A stretch of 64,000 nucleotides of DNA from a virus (lineage: Duplodnaviria > Heunggongvirae > Uroviricota > Caudoviricetes), in the IMG/VR virus record IMGVR_UViG_3300037418_003161, positions 1 to 64,000 of that record, one strand, 5' to 3'. Under the pieces are notes generated by a model. That model had not been told where the DNA came from. It worked only from the letters and a program-made list of their open reading frames with translations, and did not search any database. Shown piece by piece: positions 9,212 through 18,782 of the stretch. Made by a program: the position numbers and the translations under genes. Position 1 is the first letter of the stretch; each line of letters begins with the position of its first letter.

Positions 9212-9453
9212 TACGGTTTAACTGATTTTAATGCGCCTTCCCAAAAATTCTTTCTTGTCCAAAGCGTTTTGAAAAGTTCGGATATAACTTTTGTGGCCAC
9301 TTCAACCATTTTACCGTCCATATCCTTTCCCTTCAATTCTTTTTTGATGATAGCAATCACTTTTTTATGTGCATCGGTAGTGGTAAGAAAATCTTTGACT
9401 TCCTTTTGTACGATACGCTCAATTTCTTTTTTATCTGCATTTGATAACGCCAT
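9211..9453 (-). CDS. Hypothetical late protein
   Basis: Start MALSN preceded by TATTTAT (9458-9464). Confidence 0.7.
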   Translation of the reverse strand: MALSNADKKEIERIVQKEVKDFLTTTDAHKKVIAIIKKELKGKDMDGKMVEVATKVISELFKTLWTRKNFWEGALKSVKP

Positions 9454-9479
9454 ACAGATAAATATCAATGATGAATAAT

Positions 9480-9504
9480 AAAAAACCCCGGATTTTCCGG
9501 GGTT
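9480..9504 (-). terminator. Intrinsic terminator
   Basis: Stem AACCCCGG/CCGGGGTT with a T-run on the minus strand. Confidence 0.75.
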
Positions 9505-9508
9505 GCTT

Positions 9509-9781
9509 TTAACTTTCTTTACTAAATTGTTGTTCTCTTAGTTTTTGGGTTTCATCTGACCACTTATCATACAACTCCCTTTTTCTTTTCATTATTCTAG
9601 CTTCTTTTTGGAGCGCATCCAATGAGGTAGCCAACAAAATTTTATCCAAAGGGAAACCACCATAAGAACTATCGTCCAAATAACGACCCAAAAAATAACC
9701 ACCTGTATCGGCCAGTTTGTGCATTTCAGGAGAATTGGGATACAATTCTTTTACTTCATTAATGAATTCTTGTGAGTACAT
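9509..9781 (-). CDS. Hypothetical early protein
   Basis: Stand-alone ORF between a TATCTTTG promoter and a terminator. Confidence 0.75.
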   Translation of the reverse strand: MYSQEFINEVKELYPNSPEMHKLADTGGYFLGRYLDDSSYGGFPLDKILLATSLDALQKEARIMKRKRELYDKWSDETQKLREQQFSKES

Positions 9782-9796
9782 AAAAAAAATTTAAAA

Positions 9797-9804
9797 CAAA
9801 GATA
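9797..9804 (-). promoter_or_regulatory. Bacteroidota-type -7 element TATCTTTG
   Basis: Matches TAnnTTTG upstream of 9509..9781. Confidence 0.6.
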
Positions 9805-9807
9805 AAT

Positions 9808-9831
9808 AAAAACCCCACAATCTTGTGGGGT
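9808..9831 (-). terminator. Intrinsic terminator
   Basis: Stem ACCCCACAA/TTGTGGGGT followed by TTTT on the minus strand. Confidence 0.75.
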
Positions 9832-9905
9832 CGATAGAAACTAAACATCAACATTCGAGAGAAACGATTACTTTTTCATAAAAACGAATTTTAGATTAGA
9901 AATTT
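9808..9905 (-). ncRNA. Candidate ~100-nt small RNA / minigene transcript (ATG AAA AAG TAA at 9879-9868)
   Basis: Bounded by a full TTTG-N20-TATCTTTG promoter and a terminator; contains only a 3-codon ORF. Confidence 0.4.
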
Positions 9906-9911
9906 GAATAA

Positions 9912-9943
9912 CAAAGATAAAACAATTATTTTAAACCTACAAA
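9912..9943 (-). promoter_or_regulatory. Bacteroidota-type promoter TTTG-N20-TATCTTTG
   Basis: Both -33 and -7 elements at canonical spacing. Confidence 0.7.
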
Positions 9944-10831
9944 TTATTTTAAAAGATTTAATCCAATGGTTAGACCAACACCCACGTAGGGGCGCAATTT
10001 CCCATCCATATAGGTCATCCCTGCTTGTGGGCCGAGACCCATGACAATCCGTGGTTTTTGTTTTGTTGGAGTTATCGGTGGCGTAGAGGGAACATCAATA
10101 AAATCTACCCCCTTGACATTGGTAATCCCCAAAAGAGCAGGGTCAATGGCGTTTCCCTGTAGGTCAACGGGATTGATATAAATTCGTTTGCTACCATCAG
10201 GAAGTTCGGTTTGCACAATTTGTAATTTAAAATTCAGATTATAATCCAAATGGGACGGTTTGTTCACCCCGTATTTGTCCAACAATTGAATTGTCAAGCG
10301 TTTTTTGACAGTATCAGGCAGAACACTAAACCATGTTTGTGTCCGTAGAGTAAAGAGGGGGGTTTGTGTACCAATCCCGATGGAAATGCTATCCCCTTGT
10401 TTGTCCACTTTGGTTTCCACATCCGATGTGGAAATGTTGGAACTAATAGTGGTGATGTATACCAGTTTGGGAACTTCTTTTGTTACCGTAATGGTTTTAA
10501 CACGTTGGGCCGCATCAGCCAGTTCTTTATCCAAATCAGCAATTTCAGATTGCTTTGCGGCCAGTATGCGCTTGGTATATATACTATCCTCCCGTAAGTA
10601 TTTAACAGTATCCGTAAGGGCTTTAAGATTATTGGAAGTTCGCTCCTGCTCTCGTTTAAGAACATCTGCTGCGGTAGTCAAATCCTTTTTGAGTTGGATA
10701 TTGTTTTTACAACTATTGATATAGAGCATCAAAAAAATAGCTGCCAGAACAAGAAGGGAGGCTGTTGGATTTTTTTTAAAAACGGAAAAAATCCAAGAAA
10801 AAAAGTTACCGATTGCGGAAAGTATTGCCAT
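9944..10831 (-). CDS. Membrane/lipoprotein with coiled coil and C-terminal beta segment; spanin-like candidate
   Basis: Hydrophobic N-terminus ending YINSC, coiled coil, C-terminal GLGPQAG...PYVGVGLTIGL; next to an amidase-like gene. Confidence 0.5.
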   Translation of the reverse strand: MAILSAIGNFFSWIFSVFKKNPTASLLVLAAIFLMLYINSCKNNIQLKKDLTTAADVLKREQERTSNNLKALTDTVKYLREDSIYTKRILAAKQSEIADLDKELADAAQRVKTITVTKEVPKLVYITTISSNISTSDVETKVDKQGDSISIGIGTQTPLFTLRTQTWFSVLPDTVKKRLTIQLLDKYGVNKPSHLDYNLNFKLQIVQTELPDGSKRIYINPVDLQGNAIDPALLGITNVKGVDFIDVPSTPPITPTKQKPRIVMGLGPQAGMTYMDGKLRPYVGVGLTIGLNLLK

Positions 10832-10832
10832 A

Positions 10833-11366
10833 TTAAATCTCCTTTTCGTTCCCCTGCGCCTGTTGGCGTGAGGAAAGAATGGGAGACCATTTTTGGGCAA
10901 ATGAACCGTAGTATTGAGTCAGTTGGTTTAACATGGTGGTAAACTCCTCATCAACCTTAATCTTTTCGCCTTTGATGTACACGCCGTTCTTGTCACCAAT
11001 CAGGTAGAAGAACTCTAAATCAAACTTTGAAAGTTTGCCTGACCATTGTAAGCTATTATCATGAAGTTGTAAAGAGTTGAATTCAACCAAGTCTGAAATC
11101 TGTTGTTTGAATTCATCCATGGAAGCTGTAAAACTATTGCGGATGTCATCCGACAGGTCGAGGGATGCGCCGTTTTGAGAATAGATGGTAATTTTTCCAC
11201 CGTCAATGTTATAATCTTCAGACTGTTCGTTTTCCTTGGTTTGGGAAAAGTTGGAGTTCAGTGCGTTTTGATATTGTGGGTCGGTTTGTTCCTTGATAAG
11301 ATGAATTTTCTTTAACATCTTTTTCATGTGGTCAAACTCATTTACATTGCTCTTGTTTTTCATCAT
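10833..11366 (-). CDS. Hypothetical phage protein
   Basis: 177-aa ORF in an overlapping gene run. Confidence 0.75.
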   Translation of the reverse strand: MMKNKSNVNEFDHMKKMLKKIHLIKEQTDPQYQNALNSNFSQTKENEQSEDYNIDGGKITIYSQNGASLDLSDDIRNSFTASMDEFKQQISDLVEFNSLQLHDNSLQWSGKLSKFDLEFFYLIGDKNGVYIKGEKIKVDEEFTTMLNQLTQYYGSFAQKWSPILSSRQQAQGNEKEI

Positions 11367-11937
11367 TTAATAGTTTTTCAAACAGCTTCGTATTGAAAGC
11401 CGGGCTTATATCAGTAAATATGTTGGAATAGTTGCAACGTGCCAGAATCCCCTTAAACTTTGTTGGCTGCGGAATGGAAGCGGTATGATTTATTACCACT
11501 TTGGGAATGTCGTGTTTGAGGTGCAAAATTTCCACTAATTGGGACAACGCAATGATTTGGTCAGCCGTATAGGTGTCCCAAAAGAAACGGTCTTTCCATC
11601 TGGCACAGAAAGGTTCACCCCGGTACACATCCCCAATCCAATTGGTGTACATAGGGGCGAGGCTGGATTTTTGCAACCACCCCAAATTCTCCAAACATAC
11701 AACAATAGAATTTTTATTGTGAGTGAATTCTGAATAGTAGTCGGAGGAGAACAAATTATAAATTTCTCCTTTTTTGGTCACAACATAATGGGGAACTTTT
11801 GGATATTCCCCATTGTAGCGGTAACGAATTGAATTGATAAAGTGGTTGTACGGACGAAGTGTATCACAAAGAAGTATTTGTGTTTTCTTTGTTTTTCGCT
11901 TATGGATATTAAATTTTTCGTCTAGCTGAATTATCAT
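11338..11937 (-). CDS. N-acetylmuramoyl-L-alanine amidase (Amidase_2)-like protein, Zn ligands apparently degenerate
   Basis: PHYVVTKKGEIY, SIVVCLEN.G, YTADQI.AL..L, DISPAF motifs; expected His ligands not seen. Confidence 0.7.
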   Translation of the reverse strand: MIIQLDEKFNIHKRKTKKTQILLCDTLRPYNHFINSIRYRYNGEYPKVPHYVVTKKGEIYNLFSSDYYSEFTHNKNSIVVCLENLGWLQKSSLAPMYTNWIGDVYRGEPFCARWKDRFFWDTYTADQIIALSQLVEILHLKHDIPKVVINHTASIPQPTKFKGILARCNYSNIFTDISPAFNTKLFEKLLNDEKQEQCK

Positions 11938-12751
11938 ATTGGACTTTCTTGAGCAATCCCCCCACTTTGGTAAAGGGTGAATTGGTGTCGGTTATCACCT
12001 CCACAATTGGTGTGGGGGTGGGTTCAGGAGTCAACGAGACCGAGGGCGTAGGGGTCGGTTGGGGTGTTTCACTCACACTTGGGGTAGGTGTAGGAACTGG
12101 ACTTTCACTCACCGAAGGGGTGGGCTGTACCGCCTGTGGGGGTTCCACCACTTCTTCTTTGGTCTGCCACTTATCCATTAAGTTTTGGAGTTTATCCAAT
12201 TGCTCAGTGGTAATCTTTGCGGGTTGCGCCGGGGGTTCAGGTTCTTGGGTGGTCAATGCTGTCAAATCTTCCCGGATGTCGTTGGCTAACGGTTTGTTAT
12301 CGGTGGATTTAACCAACATATGCAAGAAGGTAAGGGATATCATTGGTAGTAAACCCCCCGACAAAAAGGCCAGTATTCTTCTATGTCCATTGGCATCGTC
12401 AATCCCCATCATTGAAAACAAGGGAGAGGTCAAATCCACCCACGATTTAAACAGGTCGGAATTCACATCAATATAATGAAAGGAATAAAAGATATTACCC
12501 ACCAATTGGATGAGGGTAACAAGCCCAAATGGAAGATATATGAACTTCCGCATCCCCACCGTCATTCCGGCCAAGGCAGACAGAGCGGCAATTTCTATGG
12601 CTAAGGATAGATAGGTCGCCCACGACAGGGGATTACTCAGACCATACCATGTCGTTACATGGGAAATGGACACAAAGGCCACTAATAAAATGGGAATTAA
12701 AAAGGTGGTCGCAATAAGCGTTTGTTTATTGCGTTCGAACCATGGTTTCAT
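11909..12751 (-). CDS. Multi-pass membrane protein with a Pro/Thr-rich C-terminal tail (holin-like candidate)
   Basis: Four hydrophobic helices then PTPSVS repeats; adjacent to the amidase-like gene. Confidence 0.6.
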   Translation of the reverse strand: MKPWFERNKQTLIATTFLIPILLVAFVSISHVTTWYGLSNPLSWATYLSLAIEIAALSALAGMTVGMRKFIYLPFGLVTLIQLVGNIFYSFHYIDVNSDLFKSWVDLTSPLFSMMGIDDANGHRRILAFLSGGLLPMISLTFLHMLVKSTDNKPLANDIREDLTALTTQEPEPPAQPAKITTEQLDKLQNLMDKWQTKEEVVEPPQAVQPTPSVSESPVPTPTPSVSETPQPTPTPSVSLTPEPTPTPIVEVITDTNSPFTKVGGLLKKVQYDNSARRKI

Positions 12752-13008
12752 TATTTCTTTTGCATCAATTTAATTTCGTTTATGGTCATTTTTTTACTGT
12801 CTGCTGCCTCTTCAGCACGAAGTGTTTCCCACGCTGTTGTATTTTCAATCAGATTGACCATTTCCTGATTTGAAATCGTTTTGGTGTTGAGGGAGTCTAC
12901 CTGTTTTTGCAGCTTGGCGATTTTTACATTTGCACCGCAGCCATTGGCCAACGAAAAAAGGGTCATAACCAACAGAATTGCAATGCCATACTTTTCTAAA
13001 ATTTTCAT
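12751..13008 (-). CDS. Small putative lipoprotein
   Basis: Signal-like N-terminus ending LANGC, then coiled coil. Confidence 0.55.
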   Translation of the reverse strand: MKILEKYGIAILLVMTLFSLANGCGANVKIAKLQKQVDSLNTKTISNQEMVNLIENTTAWETLRAEEAADSKKMTINEIKLMQKK

Positions 13009-13087
13009 AGGGTTGTATTTAAAAAAATGGTTACACCAAAGGGTGTAACCAATAATAACGGAATTTAAGTTAATAATAAATAGTTCG

Positions 13088-13927
13088 TTACCTATATTGG
13101 AAAAGAGTCTCCGACTCATTTCGCAATTTCTTTAATGCCTTATCACGAATCTGTCGTACTCTCTCCTTGGTTAATTCCGGGCTAAGTTCCTTACCGATAT
13201 CTTCAAGTGTGGTTGGCGAACCAGTTAATCCGAAGTAGCTCTCAATAATGAACAGTTCTCGTTGGTCTAAAATCTTTAACATTTTTTGCAACTCACCTTT
13301 CAAATCGTCCTTTTCCTCTAAGCCGTCATCCGGCAGTTCGGCATTGGGATTGGCAAGGATATCCAACAGGGTATTACCGTCTTCAAAAATGGCCCTATCG
13401 TCAATGCTTTCGTCCAGAGAGACGCAGGAAGCGTAAGCCGTTTCCAAGTCTTCAGCGTAAATTTCTTGCAGTTCACGCTTGTCTTTATCGGTTACGTTTT
13501 TGGACTTGTTAATGTCCGTTACAATGTTAACCGGGATGCGAATGGTACGTGACTTTTCATTCAGGCTTTGTTTAATGGCTTGGCGCACCCAATGTACGGC
13601 GTAAGAAATGAATTTCACTTCCACAGTTGGGTCGTAACGTTCACACGCTTTAATCAAACCGATGTTGCCTTCCTGAATAATGTCGGGTAAATCAAGCCCA
13701 TTCCCCTGATATTCTTTAGCGATTGTTAGAACAAACCGCAAATTGCTCTCAACCAATTTGGTCGCTATTTTAGCCCTAGCAGTCGGGTCATCGCTTTTTT
13801 TCAATTGCGACAACGCATCTTTTAATGCACGTTCTTCTTCAATTGAGATTAGAGGATACTTTCGGAGGTCTTTCAAATAGAACGCAATCTCCTCCTGATT
13901 GAAAGAGGTTTGATTTACTTTTTTCAT
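13088..13927 (-). CDS. RNA polymerase sigma factor, RpoD/SigA family (Bacteroidota-like, no region 1.1)
   Basis: YLKDLRKYPL, LVESNLRFVLTIAKEY, DIIQEGNIGLIKA.ERYD, FISYAVHWVRQAI, TIRIP, TLEDIG..LTKERVRQI. Confidence 0.93.
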   Translation of the reverse strand: MKKVNQTSFNQEEIAFYLKDLRKYPLISIEEERALKDALSQLKKSDDPTARAKIATKLVESNLRFVLTIAKEYQGNGLDLPDIIQEGNIGLIKACERYDPTVEVKFISYAVHWVRQAIKQSLNEKSRTIRIPVNIVTDINKSKNVTDKDKRELQEIYAEDLETAYASCVSLDESIDDRAIFEDGNTLLDILANPNAELPDDGLEEKDDLKGELQKMLKILDQRELFIIESYFGLTGSPTTLEDIGKELSPELTKERVRQIRDKALKKLRNESETLFQYR

Positions 13928-14140
13928 AAAATGTTTGGTGAGTCGGAGGTTTTAATTTTTATGAGGTTCGGCTTGGAAAAGGATACTTGTTACGTAATCA
14001 TAAGCTAAGGTTTTTTAAAGGTGAAAAAATAGTGGTTGCTCAATAGTTCGGATTACTCGTTCATAGTGTAAAGGTTCGATTGGTTTTTCAATAATATCTT
14101 CCGTTAGGTACAGTTGAATCTGTAAACTAAGTTGCGAATT

Positions 14141-14716
14141 TTAATCTGACAAATTTTTCAGATACTTTTTTTCCTCACTCGTCAATGATTCAATACCGCT
14201 ACGTGCAATCTTATCTAAAATCATATCCATCCTTAAAGGTTCTTTATAATTTTGTTTAATATTTCTTACATCGTTGATACTTTCCTCTTCTTCGTTGAAA
14301 CCACCTTTTTCGTCTTTCACTCCCAAATCATCAATTTGTTTGCGATTCCATTTGATAAATTCCTCGTCAATGTTCTTATTGATGCCGAAGATGTCTGAAG
14401 GGTTGTTGTACCCGGTGGAAATCTTCAAATCAAACAAATGGTCAGCTAACCGACTTTCCAAACGTACACCCACCTTATTTGGCCGTTCCATTAGAAAAAA
14501 CGCCACTATGCGTTCATCAAAAATATAATTGAAGAACTCACTCATGGAATCTATGGTTTCTAAGGAAGAAAAATGACAAATAGCCGAATAGGTGTCTTGC
14601 ACATATTTTACATTTTCATCGGTAACGGACTGAAAAACCGAATTTATAAACTCTATAAATTCTTCGGTACTGCCTAGCTCTCCATACAAGAACAATAAGT
14701 AATGCTTTAATTTCAA
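14141..14716 (-). CDS. Hypothetical protein with C-terminal DUF6576-like motif
   Basis: C-terminus MDMILDKIARSGIESLTSEEKKYL; start uncertain (TTG). Confidence 0.65.
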   Translation of the reverse strand: MKLKHYLLFLYGELGSTEEFIEFINSVFQSVTDENVKYVQDTYSAICHFSSLETIDSMSEFFNYIFDERIVAFFLMERPNKVGVRLESRLADHLFDLKISTGYNNPSDIFGINKNIDEEFIKWNRKQIDDLGVKDEKGGFNEEEESINDVRNIKQNYKEPLRMDMILDKIARSGIESLTSEEKKYLKNLSD

Positions 14717-14822
14717 GCTTCCATCAAATTTAATGTGCGTTATGGGTACAAACCAAATAAAATATAAGAAAAAGTATAAATACTATTTTTGACCGTATTT
14801 TTACTATCAATGGTAACAAGTA

Positions 14823-15500
14823 TTATCTCTTGATGATTTCATCAATAATCCCGTATTCTAAGGCTTCTTGGGATGTCAACCACAAATCCCTTGTAGCATC
14901 CGCAGCCACTTGTTCCCCGGATTTTCCACAGTACCTACCCAACAGGTCAAACAGGGTAGTATTGAGGCGTTTCCACTCTTCCATCATGATTACGGCATCC
15001 TGAATGTTACCACCCGCACCCCCGGAAGATTGGTGTAGCATGGTACGTGAAAACCGGGTTGCTGAACGCTTTCCCTTTGCTCCTGCACCCAAGAGGACAC
15101 TTCCCATAGAAGCCGCCATGCCTACATTAATGGTTGCCACATCTGCTTTGATGTAATCCATTGTGTCCACAACGGACAGCCCCGCATATACCCCACCACC
15201 GGGCGAATTGATGTACATGGTTACATCCCGGTCATCCATGGAATCCAAAAACATCAACTGTGCCTGAGTGATGGTGGCTGACGATTCAGTAACAGGCCCC
15301 GCAAACCAAATAATCCTGTCCATCATCAAACGGTCAAAGACTGAAATGATTGTTCCCTGTACCGGACGGTCTTCAACCACCATGGGCGTAACGCTCATTT
15401 TGGGATAAAACTCCTCCATCATCTTGTCGTGGTAGTGTAATTGCATTCCTGTTATCCCTTCGCTTTTTGCAAAGGATTTGAACTCGCTGCTAAAATTCAT
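14823..15500 (-). CDS. clpP: ATP-dependent Clp protease proteolytic subunit
   Basis: VFDRLMMDRII, YINSPGG, GMAASMGS (catalytic Ser), MLHQ (His), RDLWL..EALEYGIID. Confidence 0.95.
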   Translation of the reverse strand: MNFSSEFKSFAKSEGITGMQLHYHDKMMEEFYPKMSVTPMVVEDRPVQGTIISVFDRLMMDRIIWFAGPVTESSATITQAQLMFLDSMDDRDVTMYINSPGGGVYAGLSVVDTMDYIKADVATINVGMAASMGSVLLGAGAKGKRSATRFSRTMLHQSSGGAGGNIQDAVIMMEEWKRLNTTLFDLLGRYCGKSGEQVAADATRDLWLTSQEALEYGIIDEIIKR

Positions 15501-15531
15501 AATTAGTATTTAAATTTTAAGACGTTATTAG

Positions 15532-15560
15532 AATATAGAAAAAAGATTTTACGAAGTCAA
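15532..15560 (-). promoter_or_regulatory. sigma70-like promoter TTGACT-N17-TATATT upstream of clpP
   Basis: Read directly. Confidence 0.65.
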
Positions 15561-17908
15561 GCCCCCACACTTTCAATGACTGATATATTATTTTCTTTTC
15601 GAATAGTCACCACGTTATCCGACCAGTTTTTAATGAGCGGGTTGTGGGTAATGAGAAAAATGTGTTCAAAATAATTTTTAATTTTATTGAAAAATTCTCC
15701 CACCATATCAAGGTTTTCATCCGCAATCTTTCCAAAGATTTCATCCATCACAATGATGTTGGGTTTGGGCAGGGCCGATATTTTGGACAACACGGCACGA
15801 AGAGCGAGGGAAGCCACCGTTTTTTCATAACCCGACCCGGTAATCATCGATTTTTCCACCCTTGATTCGTTATCCACCATGGTAAACTCCACCTCATTTT
15901 TTTCGTTGATGTTAATGACAAGGGAGAAATAACAGGTATCGGACAAGATGCGAACCAATTCCTGATTGATAAGCGGTATCATGTTTTTCATAATGGATTT
16001 GGAGATACCATTCTTTCCATATACAGTCAAATATTGCTGGAAAATCTTTTGAATCTTCTCCTCCTGTTTGATTTTACCAATCCACATTTTCTTATCCTCA
16101 ATGAGTGTCACGGCATCCTTTATCTTCCGTTCGGCATTGCGCAGGGCATCCTTTTTTAGTTCAATCTGTGCGATTTTGGCATCAATGGAAGTGCGTATCG
16201 CAGCCAGTTGGCGTTCCAAGTCCAAATTCTCTTCCAGTTTGGATTTGTTCTTTTCCCATTCTTGGAATTTTTTGTTTTTTTCCTCTAATTCCATTTGCCG
16301 TTGTTGGAGTTCCAAATGGGCTTTTTCTTTGCGCAGCTTATTGCGGTCATAGTTGTCAAACTCCTGTTTGAGTTGTATCCATTTCCCCAACTCAACTTCC
16401 TTTTCAGTAATTTGTTGCTGCAAGTGTTTTACCTCCCTGCGCTTGGCTTCCAAGGTTTGTTTGAGTTGTTTAATTTCTTCCGAATGGTCATGGGTGTCCA
16501 AGCTTGTACCACAGGTAGGACAGGTCTTTCCTTCCTCCATTTCCTTAATCTGTTTGACCAGTTTTGTTCCTTCGGTGCTTAAGACCTGAAAGTTAACCTT
16601 CAGGTTGTTGAGTTGCTGCTGAACAGCCACATGCTCTTTTTCCTGATAATACGTGGATGGCTCTTTAACTTCAATGGATTCAAAGGCTTGTTGGGCCTGA
16701 TGAATTTTGGTTTCTGCCACTTGGATTTCACTTTGGAACAATGTCGGGTTGAGCTTGACCAATTCCCGGTCTATGTCCTGATGTTTTTTCATCAACAGGG
16801 TGTCCCGTTGGGTGTTGAGCAGTTCCAGTTCTTTTTCATCAATCTGCCTTTCGGTGGCGTTAATTGTAATGTTTGACTTCGATGTTTCCACCTCATTTTC
16901 CAAGTACACAATCTCGGATTCCAATTGGGTTGAATTGTGGGTATTGGAGACCATCTTCTTTGCCCATTCCGTATACATAACCTTACAGGTTTCTTCTTTT
17001 TTGCGCAGATTTTCAAGCCCCAAAAACCGGGTAAGCAATTGTCCTCTGGCCGTGGCCTTGGCTTCCAATAAGTCCTCAAGATTGCTTCCGGTGGTTAGGA
17101 TGGTTGTCAGGAAATCTTCCTTGCTCCCAATGGCATTGATGATGTGTTTTTCAGTAATGGGCCGACTTTCTTCAGACTCGTTTTCATACGCCCCGGTTGC
17201 CACGTTCCACCGCTGATAAATGAGTTCAGCCTTCACGTCCCAATCCCCGTTGCGCTTGCGCTTGCGAACCAATTTGCGCTCAATGGTATAATCCACCCCA
17301 TCGATTTCCAAATACCCCTTTACATTCAGGTCGGTAGCATCTGAAAACGTATTAAACACCTCTTCCTGTGTTTTGGAACGGGTGGTGGTGTTGAATAGCA
17401 AAAACAAAATAAGGTCGATACACAGGGCAGTTTTGCCGCCAAAATTGGGGGGGTTGGATTCAATAACCGTAATACCTCCCAACCTTTGGTAATCAAGTTC
17501 GTTGTTTGGCCCATAGGAAAGGAAGTTGGAGAATTCAATTTTTTTGAGCGTCCACTTATTGTAGCGGATGTGGGGAACGCCGTCATCCTTTTTCATCTCC
17601 GCATTTACCTTATCGTCCAAGCGGCTGAAGGCTTCCCAATCCACATGGATGTCCATTTCATCAATGTATTCTTTGACGATGGATTTTTGGTAGTCGGGGT
17701 CAAGGATGGAATCACTAACCTCCAAGGTTTTTAATTTGGTATTGGTAGTGTCGTTTACCAAGTGAACTGGTTTGACGACAACGTTTTTGGTTTTGTATTT
17801 GTCTTGGAAGTACTGTTTGACTCGTTTGATTTTTTCGGGGGTGAAGTTCTCGGATGTGTCGTGCCAATCTACCCGGATAACCGGGTTATTCAATTTTGCA
17901 AAATCCAT
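15557..17908 (-). CDS. SbcC/Rad50/T4 gp46-like recombination ATPase with an extra N-terminal domain
   Basis: FSNFLSYG, Walker A NFGGKT, coiled coil with CPTCG zinc hook, signature SGYEK, Walker B IVMDEIFG, H-loop ITHN. Confidence 0.92.
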   Translation of the reverse strand: MDFAKLNNPVIRVDWHDTSENFTPEKIKRVKQYFQDKYKTKNVVVKPVHLVNDTTNTKLKTLEVSDSILDPDYQKSIVKEYIDEMDIHVDWEAFSRLDDKVNAEMKKDDGVPHIRYNKWTLKKIEFSNFLSYGPNNELDYQRLGGITVIESNPPNFGGKTALCIDLILFLLFNTTTRSKTQEEVFNTFSDATDLNVKGYLEIDGVDYTIERKLVRKRKRNGDWDVKAELIYQRWNVATGAYENESEESRPITEKHIINAIGSKEDFLTTILTTGSNLEDLLEAKATARGQLLTRFLGLENLRKKEETCKVMYTEWAKKMVSNTHNSTQLESEIVYLENEVETSKSNITINATERQIDEKELELLNTQRDTLLMKKHQDIDRELVKLNPTLFQSEIQVAETKIHQAQQAFESIEVKEPSTYYQEKEHVAVQQQLNNLKVNFQVLSTEGTKLVKQIKEMEEGKTCPTCGTSLDTHDHSEEIKQLKQTLEAKRREVKHLQQQITEKEVELGKWIQLKQEFDNYDRNKLRKEKAHLELQQRQMELEEKNKKFQEWEKNKSKLEENLDLERQLAAIRTSIDAKIAQIELKKDALRNAERKIKDAVTLIEDKKMWIGKIKQEEKIQKIFQQYLTVYGKNGISKSIMKNMIPLINQELVRILSDTCYFSLVININEKNEVEFTMVDNESRVEKSMITGSGYEKTVASLALRAVLSKISALPKPNIIVMDEIFGKIADENLDMVGEFFNKIKNYFEHIFLITHNPLIKNWSDNVVTIRKENNISVIESVGA

Positions 17909-17930
17909 GGGTACGTAAATGATTTTGCAA

Positions 17931-17959
17931 AACATACACAAAATGTTTTACAAAGTCAA
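17931..17959 (-). promoter_or_regulatory. sigma70-like promoter TTGACT-N17-TATGTT
   Basis: Read directly; supports the start at 17908. Confidence 0.65.
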
Positions 17960-18334
17960 CCGCACAAGCTGTATGTCGGGTATTTCATTTTCGTTTGTAA
18001 CGTGTACCACAATTTTAGGTTGCCCTAAATACTTGAAGAGTGTGAGATATTTTTTGGCAAGCACTTCATGTATATCCCATAAAAAGCGACCGCTTCTGTC
18101 ACCATAGTCCCTTTTGTTAAGGTATATATCCCGAAGTTGAATTTTAAATGCAATGGTGTTTCTTCTGGCATTTATGATAACGTCTTCAATGGTGATATAA
18201 TCTTCTGTGTGAACCGATAGAAGTTTACCTTTTTCGTTGGGTAATGTTTTAGTCCGGTACGTAATCGTGTATTCAATTTTGTCCAACAATTTATAGCGTT
18301 GTTTAAATAAATCGAGGATGGATTGTTGTGTCAT
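17948..18334 (-). CDS. Hypothetical protein
   Basis: 128-aa ORF in the gene run. Confidence 0.6.
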   Translation of the reverse strand: MTQQSILDLFKQRYKLLDKIEYTITYRTKTLPNEKGKLLSVHTEDYITIEDVIINARRNTIAFKIQLRDIYLNKRDYGDRSGRFLWDIHEVLAKKYLTLFKYLGQPKIVVHVTNENEIPDIQLVRLTL

Positions 18335-18782
18335 AGGTTAAAATATAATCACTGCAAACCCCCTTATGTAGAGTTGCCGCCCACTTTTCCACAGCTTTTA
18401 CTTCCGGCATCACGCAAATGGAATTGGGGGTGAGAGGACTGCCGGGATAGGCCCATATATACCCTTTGGACGTGATGGTATATTGGTCTTCTTCATGCCA
18501 GAAACAATGAATGTTCCGGTATTGGAGCAAGGCTTCCAACGCTTCTGTGTTTTTGGCGTGACACCACAACCGTTCATCCCGCAAAAAGTCTAGTGTGATG
18601 GGGTATTGAGCCGTGTCGTGCCCCAAATAAAACGTATCCCCCACTTTCCATACATCAACCTCACATTCAAAGCCCCGGTTAATGGTATCCATTACATACC
18701 TTGGGCTGTTTTCATGTTCAGGATTCGGGCCTTCCAGATTCCCCCGGTGACTGATTAATTTATAATTACAGGTTGAAGCCAT
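18303..18782 (-). CDS. GDPD/PLC-like phosphodiesterase-fold protein
   Basis: ISHRGN...EN...GFECEVDVW...LGHD...WCHAKN...GVCSD. Confidence 0.8.
   Translation of the reverse strand: MASTCNYKLISHRGNLEGPNPEHENSPRYVMDTINRGFECEVDVWKVGDTFYLGHDTAQYPITLDFLRDERLWCHAKNTEALEALLQYRNIHCFWHEEDQYTITSKGYIWAYPGSPLTPNSICVMPEVKAVEKWAATLHKGVCSDYILTYDTTIHPRFI

Noticed and set aside
14015-14140. 41 open codons in frame directly after the TAA of 14141..14716 (possible read-through)
   Set aside because: The upstream protein ends naturally at its DUF6576-like motif, TAA is rarely read through, and there is no start codon; likely chance or a remnant
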